Shown here one piece after another: positions 13,559 to 25,245 of a stretch of DNA of 37,249 nt (positions within the stretch are counted from its first letter, which is position 1; every line of letters begins with the position of its first letter). The translations under genes and the position numbers were made by a program. The notes under the pieces were generated by a model that did not search any database, was not told the origin of the DNA, and saw only the letters and a list, made by a program, of their open reading frames with translations. The DNA is from Octopus bimaculoides (lineage: Eukaryota), in contig NC_068988.1 of the NCBI RefSeq assembly GCF_001194135.2, positions 35,018,999-35,056,247 on the forward strand. The letters run 5' to 3'.

Positions 13559-13762
13559 TAAACATTGTAGCATTTAGACCAGCCATATCCAATCCAGATA
13601 TTGTTTTATGTCCAAACTGACCAAATCCAGCCTCTCTCACTTACTCTACGATGTCAGGGTAAAAATAAACAATCACGTCATTAAAGTCTTACATGCTTAA
13701 TTCAAAACAATTTGAATAAATAAGCATTACATTTGACAGTAATTTGAATGCTAAAGGCTTAA
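13559..13762 (+). mobile_element. piggyBac-type (TTAA) MITE, family 1
   Basis: Ends ..tagcatt / aatgctaaaggcttaa; reverse-complement homologue at 26490-26700. Confidence 0.75.
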
Positions 13763-13956
13763 ACCACCATCCTATCATATCTGGAATCTCATCAAATGTG
13801 ATAAGGAAATGATTATCACTTCTTTATAATATTTGGTGGGTTAAAGGTTTGAATCTGAAATTAAAGAAGGAGAAAGATTACATAGAATCCATATATTTAT
13901 TTATTTATTTATTTATTGTTGCTTACTTTTTATGAAGTTCTTGCATGAATTTAGTA

Positions 13957-14400
13957 AATCATCATCGTCATCATTTAACATCTGGTTTCCATGCTGGCAT
14001 AGGTTGGATAGTTTGACAGGAACTGGAGAGCTGCCTGGGCTCCATGCCTTTTTGATATTGTTTCTATGACTGGATGCCCTTCCTAGCACCAACCATTTTA
14101 CAGAGTGTAATGGGTCCATTTATGCAGCACCAGCATAGGTGCTTTTATGTGGTACCAGCATGGCTGCTTTTTCATTGTACTGGCACCCACAAGATTAGGA
14201 ATGCTCAGCTGAAGAAGGATGCAGGGGACTTGTCTGTATGCAAGGACAACCATGTATGTACTTAGCTTGATGTGTCTTCTCAAGCACAATAAACTGCCTG
14301 GAATCTTAATCCCCTGTCATCCCTACTGTGGTGCTCTCAACATCTGAAGATCCTTTTTTACCATTTCAGCCCACATCTTCTGGGGTCTACCCCCTTCCAC
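13957..14400 (-). mobile_element. RTE-clade LINE 3' end (ORF C-terminus, 3'UTR, (GAT)n tail)
   Basis: Minus-strand translation near 14330-14400 gives GRGRPQKMWAEMVK..DLQML, the RTE 'RGRPRKTW..V..DL' motif. The 3'UTR is shared with the 21412 and 23745 copies. Confidence 0.8.
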
Positions 14401-14712
14401 ACATTTATTTTGTCAGGACAGAAGATTCTGTTCAAGGCTCTTTACTGAGTCTATAAGACTAGTGGGAAGGAGGGAGGGAGGGAGATGAGTATCTGCTTCC
14501 CTCCCTCATCTGAGACCTGGCCCACATTCTTGCAAAATATTGCAAGGCAGTCTATCTGATGCTCTAATGAAACAATAACTGAAGCAATGTTCACTACATA
14601 AAATTATAATTAATTGAAAGCTTAAATTTATATATGAATACTTTACATCTGGAAGGCTTTTGTATAATAGAATCGTTGACAGCATTAGGTGCATTGGCAT
14701 CAAAACGGCTTA

Positions 14713-14959
14713 TTAACCCTTTTATTGCAGAAATCAAATATATCCCCTTAAAGTTTCATCTGCCTTAAATGCCAAAAGCAATTTTAAATACCAATCTGTC
14801 TGTTGTTGGGTAATTTCAGGTTTGAAACTAATTTTCATTGTCATACATCGAGCTAATTGATGCAATGTGTCTTGCAGAAAATACCAGTTTTATTTTTTGA
14901 TAGATATTTAACATCATTTGAAATAACCATTAAATTTAATTTCACAGTTAAAGGATTAA
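14713..14959. mobile_element. Probable TTAA-type MITE, degraded
   Basis: Ends ttaacccttt ... aaaggattaa. Confidence 0.4.
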
Positions 14960-14994
14960 TTTTAATTAATTAAAATTTAGATTTGTTCATTTTT

Positions 14995-15147
14995 AGTCAC
15001 CCATGAATGCATGTCTGGTTACTCTACCTGGAAACAGGTGAGGACTGGCAAGAAGAATGGCATCTGACTGTAGAAAATCTGCCTTCGTAAAATTCTGTCT
15101 GACCCATGCAAGCATGGAAAAGTAAATGTTAAATGGTGATGATGATA
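14995..15147 (+). mobile_element. SINE 3' part with RTE-type tail
   Basis: ggcatctgactgtagaaaatctgcc...gacccatgcaagcatggaaaagtaaatgttaaatggtgatgatgat; homologue at ~27985-28120. Confidence 0.7.
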
Positions 15148-16473
15148 AAATTTGAGTTTGTCTTGTCTGCCTTTTTTTTATTTTTCTTGAATTAAATGAT
15201 TTTGATTATGATTGCTGTCATCATGAAGAATGAATGTTTAATTGCAATTTCTTTATTTACTATCTCAAATACACTGTCACCCACTATACGTGGTCAGTCA
15301 AGTTGTTTGAAATAGCAGCCAATCTACTACAAATTACATCCTAACATCTTAAAAAGGGAAGGACACATTGATTATACTCCTAGATACTCTAGGTATGCAA
15401 TGCAAGACATGTTTCATTATAATTGCTTAATACCAGGTTAATCCTTAATCAAGCAGTAAAATATTTTGTTTTCAAGTAGCAGATTAATTATATTATAGCG
15501 TGTCCTTCTTTTTTTGTAAAAACAACCTAGAATAAATTTGAGAAAAATTCGACTGTTATTTCTAGCACATTACTAGTCACACAAAGTTTTCCCCCCATGA
15601 ATATCATGGTCACATTTATCTGAAAGACAGTATGGCAACATGGTTTTCTGCTGGCTGGAGCAGTTTTAATTGTAAGTCTGCCCAACAAAGACAATAAACA
15701 CAACAGCATGCAGGTCCTGTAACTAAAGATCATTGCTTTGTCTGTCAGATGCACTCACCTCTCTCCCTCTCTTTCATTGCTGTCCAATATAGACTTGCTC
15801 ACTCAGTCAGAATCTTTATTTTTTTTTTTATATGGTTAATTATTTGTTTATTTATTTCCGATATCTGAAACAAAACAATCCTGAAATGTATCTGCTACTA
15901 GTGCCAATTTAGTAATGGGTATATGACAATAATTATGTTACACATCATGGAACATATGAATTAATTATGTCCGTATATAAGGATGGTGCCTCTGTGTGTG
16001 TTGTTGTTAATGTTGGATGTTTCCATTACGAAAAATAAATGAGGAAAGATCAATAATTTAAAACAGAAAACTGAGTGCATAGAAGCAGAGTGGTGGTATA
16101 TATTATTAGGAGAAAAAAAATTACCCGTAACCACTCTGCTATATTTGACAAATTTTGTAGAGAAATGAGTTTAGTTCCTTAAAAGTCGTCATTTTATAAA
16201 AATCTTATATCTATATGTATATCATTGTCATCATTTTAATGTTCACTATTCTATGTCTTCATAAGTCACACAGAATTCATTGAGGCAGATTTTTCTATTA
16301 ACTAATTCCCTTTCTATAGACAACACCCACCTGTTTCTAAGTAAAGTAATATATGTCCATGGCTGGGCATGTATTCACTGAAGATTGGAAACAAATAACA
16401 CCGCTTGTATAATGGTGACTCATGTTTACAACTATAATGTGATAACAAGACAAAGAGAAATAAAATACACATG

Positions 16474-16522
<49 letters not shown>

Positions 16523-16526
<4 letters not shown>

Positions 16527-16688
16527 GAGACAGGTTTCTCTTAGTTGCTGTCTATCAAATCCACTCATAAGGCTTTGGTCAGCCAAGGCTACAGTAAAAG
16601 ACACTTGCCCTTGGTGCCATACAATGGGACTGAACCTGAGACCATATACTTTGGAAGAACTTCTTAACCACACAATCATGCTTCCATA
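16523..16688 (-). mobile_element. SINE family A head (tRNA-like + CORE-like), 5' half
   Basis: Reverse complement of the 17117 copy head (gacacttgccc..ggtgcca..gggactgaacc). Confidence 0.8.
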
Positions 16689-16711
16689 TATACACACACA
16701 CACATGTATGT

Positions 16712-16990
16712 ATTTACTCAAAGATATACGGAAGTTCCTGGAGGGTCTAATATTAAACTTTGGGTCTAAAAAAGCAGTATCAGTCCCTGAACTGCATGCC
16801 ACTGCATAGTACCTGAGGCACCACTATCCTTATGTAGAGTCAGAACCCTATACTGTGACAGCTTTATGTTTCAAGGCCCACAACTTGTCAATACTTTGCC
16901 TGAAAACTCAAAAGATCTACTAGATGTGAATGCAGGTGTTTTCAAATGAAAACTTAAACTTCTTTCTCTCCAAGATCCCTGACAAGGCAT
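16712..16990 (+). mobile_element. CR1/L2-group LINE 3' RT fragment, decayed
   Basis: Translations KFLEGLILNFG.. and RTLYCDSFMFQGPQLVNTLP..DVNAGVFK*KL resemble the 'WKILEGLVPNFG...GPRLFN.LP...VDVFK.KLD' C-terminus of non-LTR RTs. Confidence 0.7.
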
Positions 16991-17116
16991 GAAACAAAAC
17001 TAAGGGTGACAATATCCAAGTCTTTCATTCATCAAGAACCGACCAAGGAGAGAATGTTGTGGAAATGTAATGGAAGCAACATTGATGGAAAAAGTAAAAA
17101 TATAAGAAATATATTG

Positions 17117-17581
17117 GTAGGCGTAGGAGTGGCTGTGTAGTAAGTAGCTTGCTTACCAACCACATGGTTCCGGGTTCAGTCCCACTGCATGGCACCTTGG
17201 GCAAGTGTCTTCTATTATAGCCTCGGGCCGACCAAAGCCTTGTGAGTGGATTTGGTAGACGGAAACTGAAAGAAGCCCGTCGTATATATGTATATATATA
17301 TNNNNNNNNNNNNNNNNNNNNNNNNNNNNNNNNNNNNNNNNNATGTGTGTGTGTGTTTGTGTGTCTGTGTATGTCCCCCCCAACATCGCTTGACAACCGA
17401 TGCTGGTGTGTTTACATCTCCGTAACTTAGCGGTTCAGCAAAAGAGACCGATAGAATAAGTACTAGGCTTACAAAGAATAAGTCCTGGAGTTGATTAGCT
17501 CGACTAAAAGGTGGTGCTCCAGCATGGCCACAGTCATATGACTGAAGCAAGTAAAATAGTAGAGTAAAAGAGTAAAAGAGT
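17117..17581 (+). mobile_element. Full-length SINE family A (tRNA head, CORE-like segment, internal microsatellite, (GAGTAAAA)n tail)
   Basis: A-box-like tggctgtgtagtaag, B-box-like ggttcagtccc, CORE-like gcaccttgggcaagtgtctt. At least 7 homologues occur in the window. Resembles Octopus SINEs as I recall them. Confidence 0.9.
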
Positions 17582-17750
17582 ATGAACGTACATACAAAAC
17601 CATAATAAAAGGCAACCTGAAGGAACAGCAGATCAATGTAAAGAACTGGGAAGAACTTTGGAAAGAGCTGAGTTGAGAAAGTGTATAAAGGAAGGCTGCA
17701 GAATATTTGAAGAGGGTCACCTTAAACATCTAAAGTCTAAAGTGTTGACT
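17582..17750 (+). mobile_element. RTE (BovB-like) LINE ORF C-terminal fragment, part 1
   Basis: YKTIIKGNLKEQQINVKNWEEL../RAELRKCIKEGCRIFEEGHLKHLK resembles the RTE 'RYKDTLK..LK...I....WE..A.DR..WR..I..G...FE' motif. Confidence 0.75.
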
Positions 17751-17779
17751 TTAGGAGGGCTGTCATTAGTAAAGTGCTG

Positions 17780-18155
17780 TTGGAGGTTGAAATGTGTAAC
17801 CATGTCACAACAGCACTTGACATTTCGTCTTCCAGCTCACCTGACTGCAACCCCCTTGACTTTTGTGTGAGGCACAGTGGAATGGGAGACTAGTAAATCC
17901 AGCTGCAATAAGAAAAATGAGCTGGGGGCCAGAATTACCAGGGCCTTCAGGAGCCTAAAACGGGAAATAGTGATGAAGGCCTGTGACCTGTTCCAAGGTT
18001 ACCTGGATCCTGTCATTGAGGCTAAAGGCAGGTTCATCATGTGAGATTGATAGAAGATGTCATGAAGACAAACTGATCCAAATTTGACAAATACATCTCA
18101 TTTTTTTCCTAAACAAATACCACATCACAGGAACAAATACCATCTGCACCTTGTA
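17780..18155 (+). mobile_element. Tc1/mariner transposon 3' fragment (transposase C-terminus + TIR)
   Basis: SSSPDCNPLDFCV, then after a 1-nt frameshift GTVEWETSKSSCNKKNELGARITRAFRSLKREIVMKACDLFQGYLDPVIEAKGRFIM* (stop 18042-18044). Terminal tgcaccttgTA at 18145-18155. Confidence 0.85.
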
Positions 18156-18450
18156 CTCCTTTTGAAGGCTGGATATGTCAACCATCTAATGTCCCATGAA
18201 AGATGAACTATATATATACAATGTCCTTCCTCCTAGTCTGGGTGATTCGTTGTGTGTAGTGTGTGAAAGGGCTTGCAAGTTGATTTCAGGTTTGAAGAGA
18301 CACATAAGGCAGTTGAAAGAGATTATATCTCACAAAATGAGCCATTCAATCCAGTGAAAGTTACAACTTTCATCTCATCTTTGCTTCAAACCATGTTGAT
18401 CTTCAGTAGGACTGAATAGTCATTTGAGAGGCCATAGGCAGAAATCCCAT
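18156..18450 (+). mobile_element. RTE LINE C-terminal fragment, part 2, with three decayed C2H2-like fingers
   Basis: LLLKAGYVNHLMSH, CVVCERACKLISGLKRHIRQ and C*SSVGLNSHLRGHR in conceptual translation. Confidence 0.65.
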
Positions 18451-18511
18451 TGACAATAAAGAAGTTCAGAGAGATGGGAATTATCTGTTAAGATGAAGCA
18501 GTCACCATGTA

Positions 18512-18870
18512 TAGGGTTTAGCTATGTGATTGAGAAGTTTGTTTTGCAACCAAATGGTTCAGTCCCACCGTGGAATCTTTTTAAGTGGCTTCTAATATAG
18601 CCCAGGATTAAGCAATGCATTGTGAGTGAATTTAGTAGACAGAAACTGTGTGGAAACTTGTTATCTAGAAATTTATGTTTGTGTGTCTTAATGCTTTGTG
18701 ACTGGTGTAGGTTTGTTTATATCCCTGTAAGTTAGCATTAAAAAAAAATATCTAATAGAAATATGTACTAGACTGAAAATGAGTATCAGGATTAATTTGA
18801 ACAATTAAACTATTTAAGGTGGTGCTCCAGCATGGCTGCAGTCCCTTGATCAAAACAAATAAAAGACTGT
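18512..18870 (+). mobile_element. SINE family A, old full-length copy
   Basis: Head ggttcagtccc, middle gtgagtgaatttagtagacagaaactg, tail ggtggtgctccagcatggctgcagtc. Confidence 0.8.
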
Positions 18871-19424
18871 AAATGAGAGAAAGAGTTAATCAGTTGATGT
18901 GTGTATAATGCTGAGAAATAACAATGAAATGTGTTGTAATGATTGGTTGATAACCCTTACCCACATTCACCCAAGCCAATGTGTGGTCACTTGATCTGCT
19001 AGAAACAGCAGCTGAATTTTTTTCCAAAGTTACACCTAATACCTTATTTCAACAGAAAGCATCATATTATTTAGTTGTTCATAAAACATTTATGAAGCAA
19101 AAGAGAGGACAGACATAGTTGGAATGCTTATTACTCTGCTTGATTGGGGTTGGTGTAGGGATAAACAACAATAATAACGACAGATGAATTGTACAAACAG
19201 TTGCAGTAGGAATAGCAATAGTAACAGATTCTCACACCATGTAACTGCATAAGCAATACTCATAGTGATATGAATGAGTAGCATTGCTACCTGGGTTCTG
19301 GGTCACTAAGTTGTAATAGTGGTGGAGGTGGTGATAAATATTGTAGTGGCGCACATCGAAGTTTTAGTAGTTTTTACAACTCTGGCAGCCTCCTTTCATA
19401 TCGTGTACATAACAGCAGTAGTTT

Positions 19425-19640
19425 ATAGTAGCACTCTGAATGGTTAAATAGTTTGCTTCACAATTATAAAGTCTGAGTTTGATCCCAGAACCTCATGGTT
19501 GTGAAGCAAACTCTTGGCAGCTAGAACAAATATTCGGTAATTTGTAGCATGTTTGGCAAATTTCATCAGATCAACCCAAATCATGTGACTAAATTGGGCG
19601 AATGGAAATTGTACAGAAGCCCATCAGATGAAGAGTTGTA
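19425..19640. mobile_element. Degraded SINE family A head with internal fold-back
   Basis: 14-bp perfect inverted repeat 19450-19463 / 19499-19512, then ggaaattgtacagaagcccatc. Confidence 0.55.
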
Positions 19641-21411
19641 CATATAATTCAAAGGTTCAACCTTATGTATAGCCATGATGGTTCAACCTCAGAATTCCTT
19701 TGGTACAAACGTCTGTGGAATACTCAACCATTTTCATGTTGATTTAACATCAGTGATAGACCATAAAAGGGAGAGTAAGTTACCCCTTCTATCTGTAGAC
19801 TGGGATGGCACATTGGCCTCCTGTGCCAGGTATACAGTGAAGACGTCATTTGCTGGACGCTGGATAACCAGCAAAGTGGAGGAGTCCTAGACCAACAGTT
19901 TGAAGGTTATTGTGGCCAAGTGAAAGATCTGTACCATCAGACAATGGTTGGGCATCAACTAACAAGTGAGCTGCTATTGTGGAATGGTCTCATCATTGAC
20001 CATGCTTGCTTGCACATCACTTGGTGTGGAGGTCCAGAGAGGCAGTCTGATGGGGGAAGGGAACAACACTAACTGCTTTACTCACTATCCAAAAGTATTT
20101 TGTTCAGAGAAGTGGGAAGCCTCGTGGTGATAGAATGAATGTGACAGCAGCAGCACTGGGAGCTACTAGCAAGAGCTCTACGCACGAACAAATGCTCTCA
20201 ATATTTCCTACTTATTTTTTTAACAGAACAGTCTATGTGAACTTAGAACAGACAACTGATGACGACAAATTTGACAAGCCAAATGTTCACTTGATTGAAC
20301 AAGAGAATACTTATTGTTAAAAATTATGGAAGATATATCATCATCATTGGTAGGAAAACTAAGAGCCATTATTTTTGCAGTTGTAGATATAACTATCATA
20401 AATAAACACTCAAAATAAGACTTTAATTGTGAGTAAAATTATAATTTATTTAACAACATCTCACTTCAAACATTGTGCCAAAGCCCTAGCTTTTGTCTGA
20501 CCTTCATCGCATAATAGACATGCTTTCTTTTAAATTATGCTTGAAGGGACATGTAACCATGACTGCTCTTCTAGGAAAGCAAACATGCATCAATTTTGTC
20601 TTTTTCCTCTCCATGACAGATTCTGCAGACAAAGTGTCTTAGTCTTCCATGATGTACTTCTTCATGCATTGTTTTCTCTTTCCTGGGGTCACTATGAGAC
20701 ATAATTCCTCCCACTTCCTAACTTGTCTGGTGAATCATGTTACTGCTGTTGCTTTCAGCATGTGTCCATCACTGTCATTGCTATTGTTGTTGTCATTAGT
20801 TTTGCCAACATCAGCAATATCATAAATATTGCCTACAGTATTACTAACTACTATTATCACATCACACATCATCTTTCCCAAATCCTCAATTTTTTTTTCA
20901 AACTATATTTTAGTTTATTTATCTGTTTATTGATATGATGATAAACTTACTTTGGGAGGAAAGCATCTTCGGGGTTTCTTTAAATTTTTTGAATTTAAAA
21001 AGAAAGACATATTTAATTTATGGTTATAATTACTTTTATTTATTTATTTTGTATAACCTGTCATATACACAAGGCTGCACTATTCAGAAATCAAAAAACA
21101 ATAATATATCCCAACCAGAGATTCAAAGAAGCTGAAATTAAAGAAAAAGAGAAGAAAAGAAGCAAACCGTTCTATTGCAAGTGGAGTAGAAAATACAGAA
21201 CTCAACACAAACTCCCAATTTGAAGCAGTTTACAGCAATACATTACGAAATATCAATTAAAAATCACTAGTAAAACATAACATCCTGGACCAGAAAAACA
21301 CACTCCTTTTCACTGGTAATATTATAAATAACCAACACTAAAACACATAAGAAACTATGTATCATAGTTCTGTATATACACTATTGCTGACAGGCAATTT
21401 ATTGCAGGTTT

Positions 21412-21710
21412 CATTGTCGTCGTTTAACGTCCGCTTTCCATGCTAGCATGGGTTGGACGATTTGATTGAGGACTGGTGAAACCCGATGGCTACACCAAGC
21501 TCCAATCTGATTTGGCAGAGTTTCTGCGGCTGGATGCCCTTCCTAACGCCAACCACTCCAAGAGTGTAGTGGGTGCTTTTACGTGTCACCCGCACGAAGG
21601 CCAGTCAGGCGGTACTGGCAACGGCCATGCTCAAAATGGTGTATTTTATGTGCCACCCGCACAAGAGCCAGTCCAGGGTCACTGGCAACGATCTCACTCG
21701 AAAATCCTAA
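21412..21710 (-). mobile_element. Young RTE-type 3' end with two ~62-bp internal tandem units
   Basis: CpG-rich cgtttaacgtccgctttccatgctagcatgggttggacg tail; units ttttacgtgtcacccgcac...ctggcaacg occur twice. Confidence 0.85.
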
Positions 21711-22444
21711 AAGAAGCAAAGTCTCTCATCATCTAAGATAAAATCTTTTTGGGTGAGCTGTATTGAAAATACTATTAAGTGTTAAGGTCATCTCTACAGA
21801 TTTTCCATAGAAATTATAACCAGCACTGATTTTGTTACAGTGTTTCATATCCAAGATGTCTGATGTAAGCAAACAATGAGATTGAAGATGAAAAATGGGT
21901 GAGGAGCCATATATGCCATATTTTGAGAGTTTTTCCTCCTTCATCAGCATCTATCTAACCCATTAATCATGCATGAACTGATTGAGTAAATAGCCACTAC
22001 ATATACCAGTGCAGCATCATTGGATATACCAATTTACATATTAAACACATTCCTGGAAGCTGGTATGTAAATATCAATGATTTGTAGGCACACAGCATTT
22101 CATTATGCAAGCATAATATGCTACAAAGTATATTAAACGTTTTCATAAGTCATTAAAAATTCTATATATTGAAGGAACTCACCAGTGTACATATATACAT
22201 GAATTATATATAGTTGCCTATTTTAATCTTAATTTAATGTATGCTTCAATTTCATAGATCAGTGGTTTTTGACCATTTTTTACCTATTTGATTACCCTTT
22301 GATTACTATTCTATTCTGGTGGACCCCCATAACCATTCAATGTATAAAAACTAATTTTATAGATACTTCTTTCAAAGTTTAGTGCATGTGTTTATTTGGC
22401 AAAAAAAGAAAGAAAAAAAAAGAAAAAGAATTGAAAAGTTGGTT

Positions 22445-22540
22445 GCAGTAAGATTTGAACTTAGAAGTAAAGAACCAGAGTGAATACCACATGGCATTTT
22501 ACTGGATGTCTTTAATGATTCTGTCAATTCAGTATACAGA
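22445..22540 (-). mobile_element. SINE family B head fragment
   Basis: gatttgaacttagaagtaaag..gaatacc..gcatttt matches the 31590-31660 region. Confidence 0.5.
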
Positions 22541-22671
22541 ATTATAAGTGAGAAATTTAAGAAACATGAAACAACAATCATTTGCAGCTTATGTAGAATT
22601 TATCCTATAACTCACGACTTCAGTGTTTCAAGTGTTAAATATGATTGTAAAGGTAATGGGAATGCATGTAT

Positions 22672-23080
22672 TCTTTTTTCATTTTTTTTTTCAGTCATTT
22701 GACTGTGGCCATGCTGGAGCACCACCTTTCGTTGAAGAAATTGACCCCACGACTTATTCTTTGTAAGCTTAGTACTTATTCTGTTGGTCTCTTTTGCCGA
22801 ACCGCTAAGTTACTTTGACGTAAACACACCAACATCAGTTGTCGAGTGATGGTGGAGGGACAAACAGACTCACAAACATACACACACACACACACACGCA
22901 CACACACACATATATGACGGGCTTCTTTCAGTTTCCATCTACCAAATCCACTGACAAGGCTTTGGTTGGCCCAAGGCTATAGTAGAAGACACGACACTTG
23001 CCCAAGATGCTACGCAGTGGGACTGAGCCCAGAACCATGTAGTTGGTAAGCAAGCTACTTACCACGCAGCCACTCCTGCA
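22672..23080 (-). mobile_element. Full-length SINE family A
   Basis: Colinear reverse complement of 17117-17581. Confidence 0.9.
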
Positions 23081-23570
23081 CTTTTTGTGTATATTTGAGT
23101 GTGTCTGTGCGTGTATATATATATATATATATATATATATGTTTGCATTCATTTGCTCACATGTATGTGTGCCTAAAGAGGCATCTTAAAATATTGTGTT
23201 TCAAAATGGATGTGAGAGTCATTTGCTGACCTAGAAATGACGATATCAGTAAAAGTCATTGTTAATGGACAACCACCATTTATAAGAATATAATCTAATA
23301 ACTAAGCAAATAGGTAATGGCCTCTGTCTGCAGTAATTTGCTAATTTGGGAGTTTGTGGAATTTGATAAGTGTAGTTACTGTGTGAAGTTTAAAACTTTA
23401 GGTTTTCGGTTCTTGGTCTGAGAATGGAAAAAGAGATAAGCACTCATGATCCTTAGGTTGTATGCTGTAGAATTTTCAATGTTCTGACTTCTCAATGCAG
23501 CTATTAGACTTTGTACAAAATGGCTGATATTTAGCAAGGTGAGACACACATAAGAAGGAAGGAAACAAAG

Positions 23571-23614
23571 GGCCACTGATGAGGTCACAGAAGTGTGACG
23601 AAAGAACTCTGGCC
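23571..23614 (+). ncRNA. Minimal type I hammerhead ribozyme motif (near-intact)
   Basis: GGCCA-CUGAUGA-G-GUCACA(GAAG)UGUGAC-GAAA-GAAC-UC-UGGCC: 5-bp stem I, complete core, 6-bp stem II, 2-bp stem III, CUC cleavage triplet. Confidence 0.8.
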
Positions 23615-23744
23615 GAAATAAGATTAAGATTAATGTAATATAAAGCTGAAGCAAATTAACACCAAATATACAATGCGTGTGTTTTTATTGGCTAAACTGG
23701 CAATATGACCATCCCCAAGTACAACAACATATATATATATATAT

Positions 23745-24000
23745 ATCATCATCCTCATCAGTTAACATGTGTTGTCTATGCTGGCATGGGTTGGACGGCT
23801 TTGACCAGAGCTGGCAAGCTGAGGCGCTGCACTAGTTTGATTTGGCCTGGTTTCTTCAGCTGGATGCCCTTCCTAATGCCAGCCACTTTGCAGAGTGTGC
23901 TGGGTGCTTTTACATGGCACCTCACAGGCCCTTTTATGTGGCACCTTACAAGCACTTGTATGTGGCACCGCACAGGCACGTTTATGTGACACCACACTAG
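23745..24000 (-). mobile_element. RTE-type 3' end with ~22-bp tandem repeats
   Basis: Tail homologous to the 21412 copy; four tttatgtggcacc..caca units at ~23908-23998. Confidence 0.8.
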
Positions 24001-24835
24001 CTTTACACCACTAGAGGGACCAGTCTTAAAACTTCTGCTATGACACCATGAACACTTCTGCATTATATTTCTGATCGTATAAACCAGTTCAAATATTATT
24101 TCAGCAAGTTTAAAGTAATTTCTTTTGTGCTGTAAACCTTTTACCATTTCTGTGGTGCCTCACTTCCCTTGATACCCTAAGCACATGTTTAGTTTGCTTA
24201 ATGGTTAATCTAGCACTATGTATGGTTAAGAAGATAAATTTTCCCCACTATTAACCACATCTTTGGAAATGAAATTGCTTTTTAAAATATTTACATTTGC
24301 TCTAGTTGAAAACATTAAAATCAAAATTTCTTTTCCAAAGATTTGATTAATTATCTAATTGGCATAAAGTCACTCACAGACACAGTCCAGCATCTGGCCC
24401 ACAAGTATGTTCTTTCTTTTCTTCTGCTCTTTGGAGCAAGCTGCACTCATATGATCTCCACTCAAGTAACCTTAACACACAGCTCACCTCTCATCATGCT
24501 TGTCACATCCATTTCGATCCCAGATCCTGCACTAATAATTGTATCCCAGTATTTTCTTTCCTAGAATGTTAGGCCTCTATAGTTCTCTCTCTGCTCATAT
24601 CTTTCTCTGCTAGTGTTGAATTACAAAGCTGATTCCATAGGAACATTAACGGCATGAAATTCTCTGACTTAAAAGGGCTTGCCAAAAATCTTTGCTACTG
24701 CCCCTTCTTCTAAACGCATCAAGTAGAAAATTAAATAAATATAAACCAAAATGCAATTCTAAATAATTAAATTCACTGATCTAAATAATTTTGGATGTTG
24801 TCGCTTATTACAGACCAAGCAAAGTGAAAAACAAA

Positions 24836-25245
24836 TGTGGGTGTGTGGTAAGAAGTTTGCTTCCAAACAACATAGCTCTCAGTTCAGTCCTATTGTGTGG
24901 CACCTTGGGCAAGTGTCTTTTGCTATCGCCTTGGACCGACCAAAGCCTTGTGAGTGAATTTGGTTAATGGAAACTGAGAGAAACCCATCATGTATATGTA
25001 TATGCATGTGTGTGTGTGTCTTTGTAACTGTGTCTGTCTCACTCCCAACTCCCTACCATTACCATTTGCTAACTGGTGCTGGTGTGTTTACATCTCCATA
25101 ACTTAGCAGTTTGGAATAAGTACCAGGTTTTAAAAAATAAGTACTGGGATTGATTTGTTTGACTGAAATTCTTCAAGGCAGTGTCCCAGGATGGCTGCAG
25201 TCCAATGACTGAAGCAAGTAAAAGATAGAATGATAAAAGAAATAA
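24836..25245 (+). mobile_element. Full-length SINE family A
   Basis: Colinear with 17117-17581. Confidence 0.88.

Noticed and set aside
19780-20070. ~95-codon open frame on + (..CWTLDNQQSGG..)
   Set aside because: No start or splice support and no recognisable domain; probably old TE sequence.
20222-20320. Possible terminal exon RTVYVNLEQTTDDDKF...ENTYC*
   Set aside because: The acceptor is plausible but there is no linked upstream exon or homology; insufficient support.
21905-21955. Minus-strand CUGAUGA..AAAAUAUG motif (also CUGAUGA at ~20236 and ~19563)
   Set aside because: Stem II, stem I and the cleavage triplet do not fit; consistent with chance.
23908-23998. CRISPR-like repeat array
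   Set aside because: Eukaryotic context; degenerate tandem units without unique spacers, inside an RTE 3'UTR.
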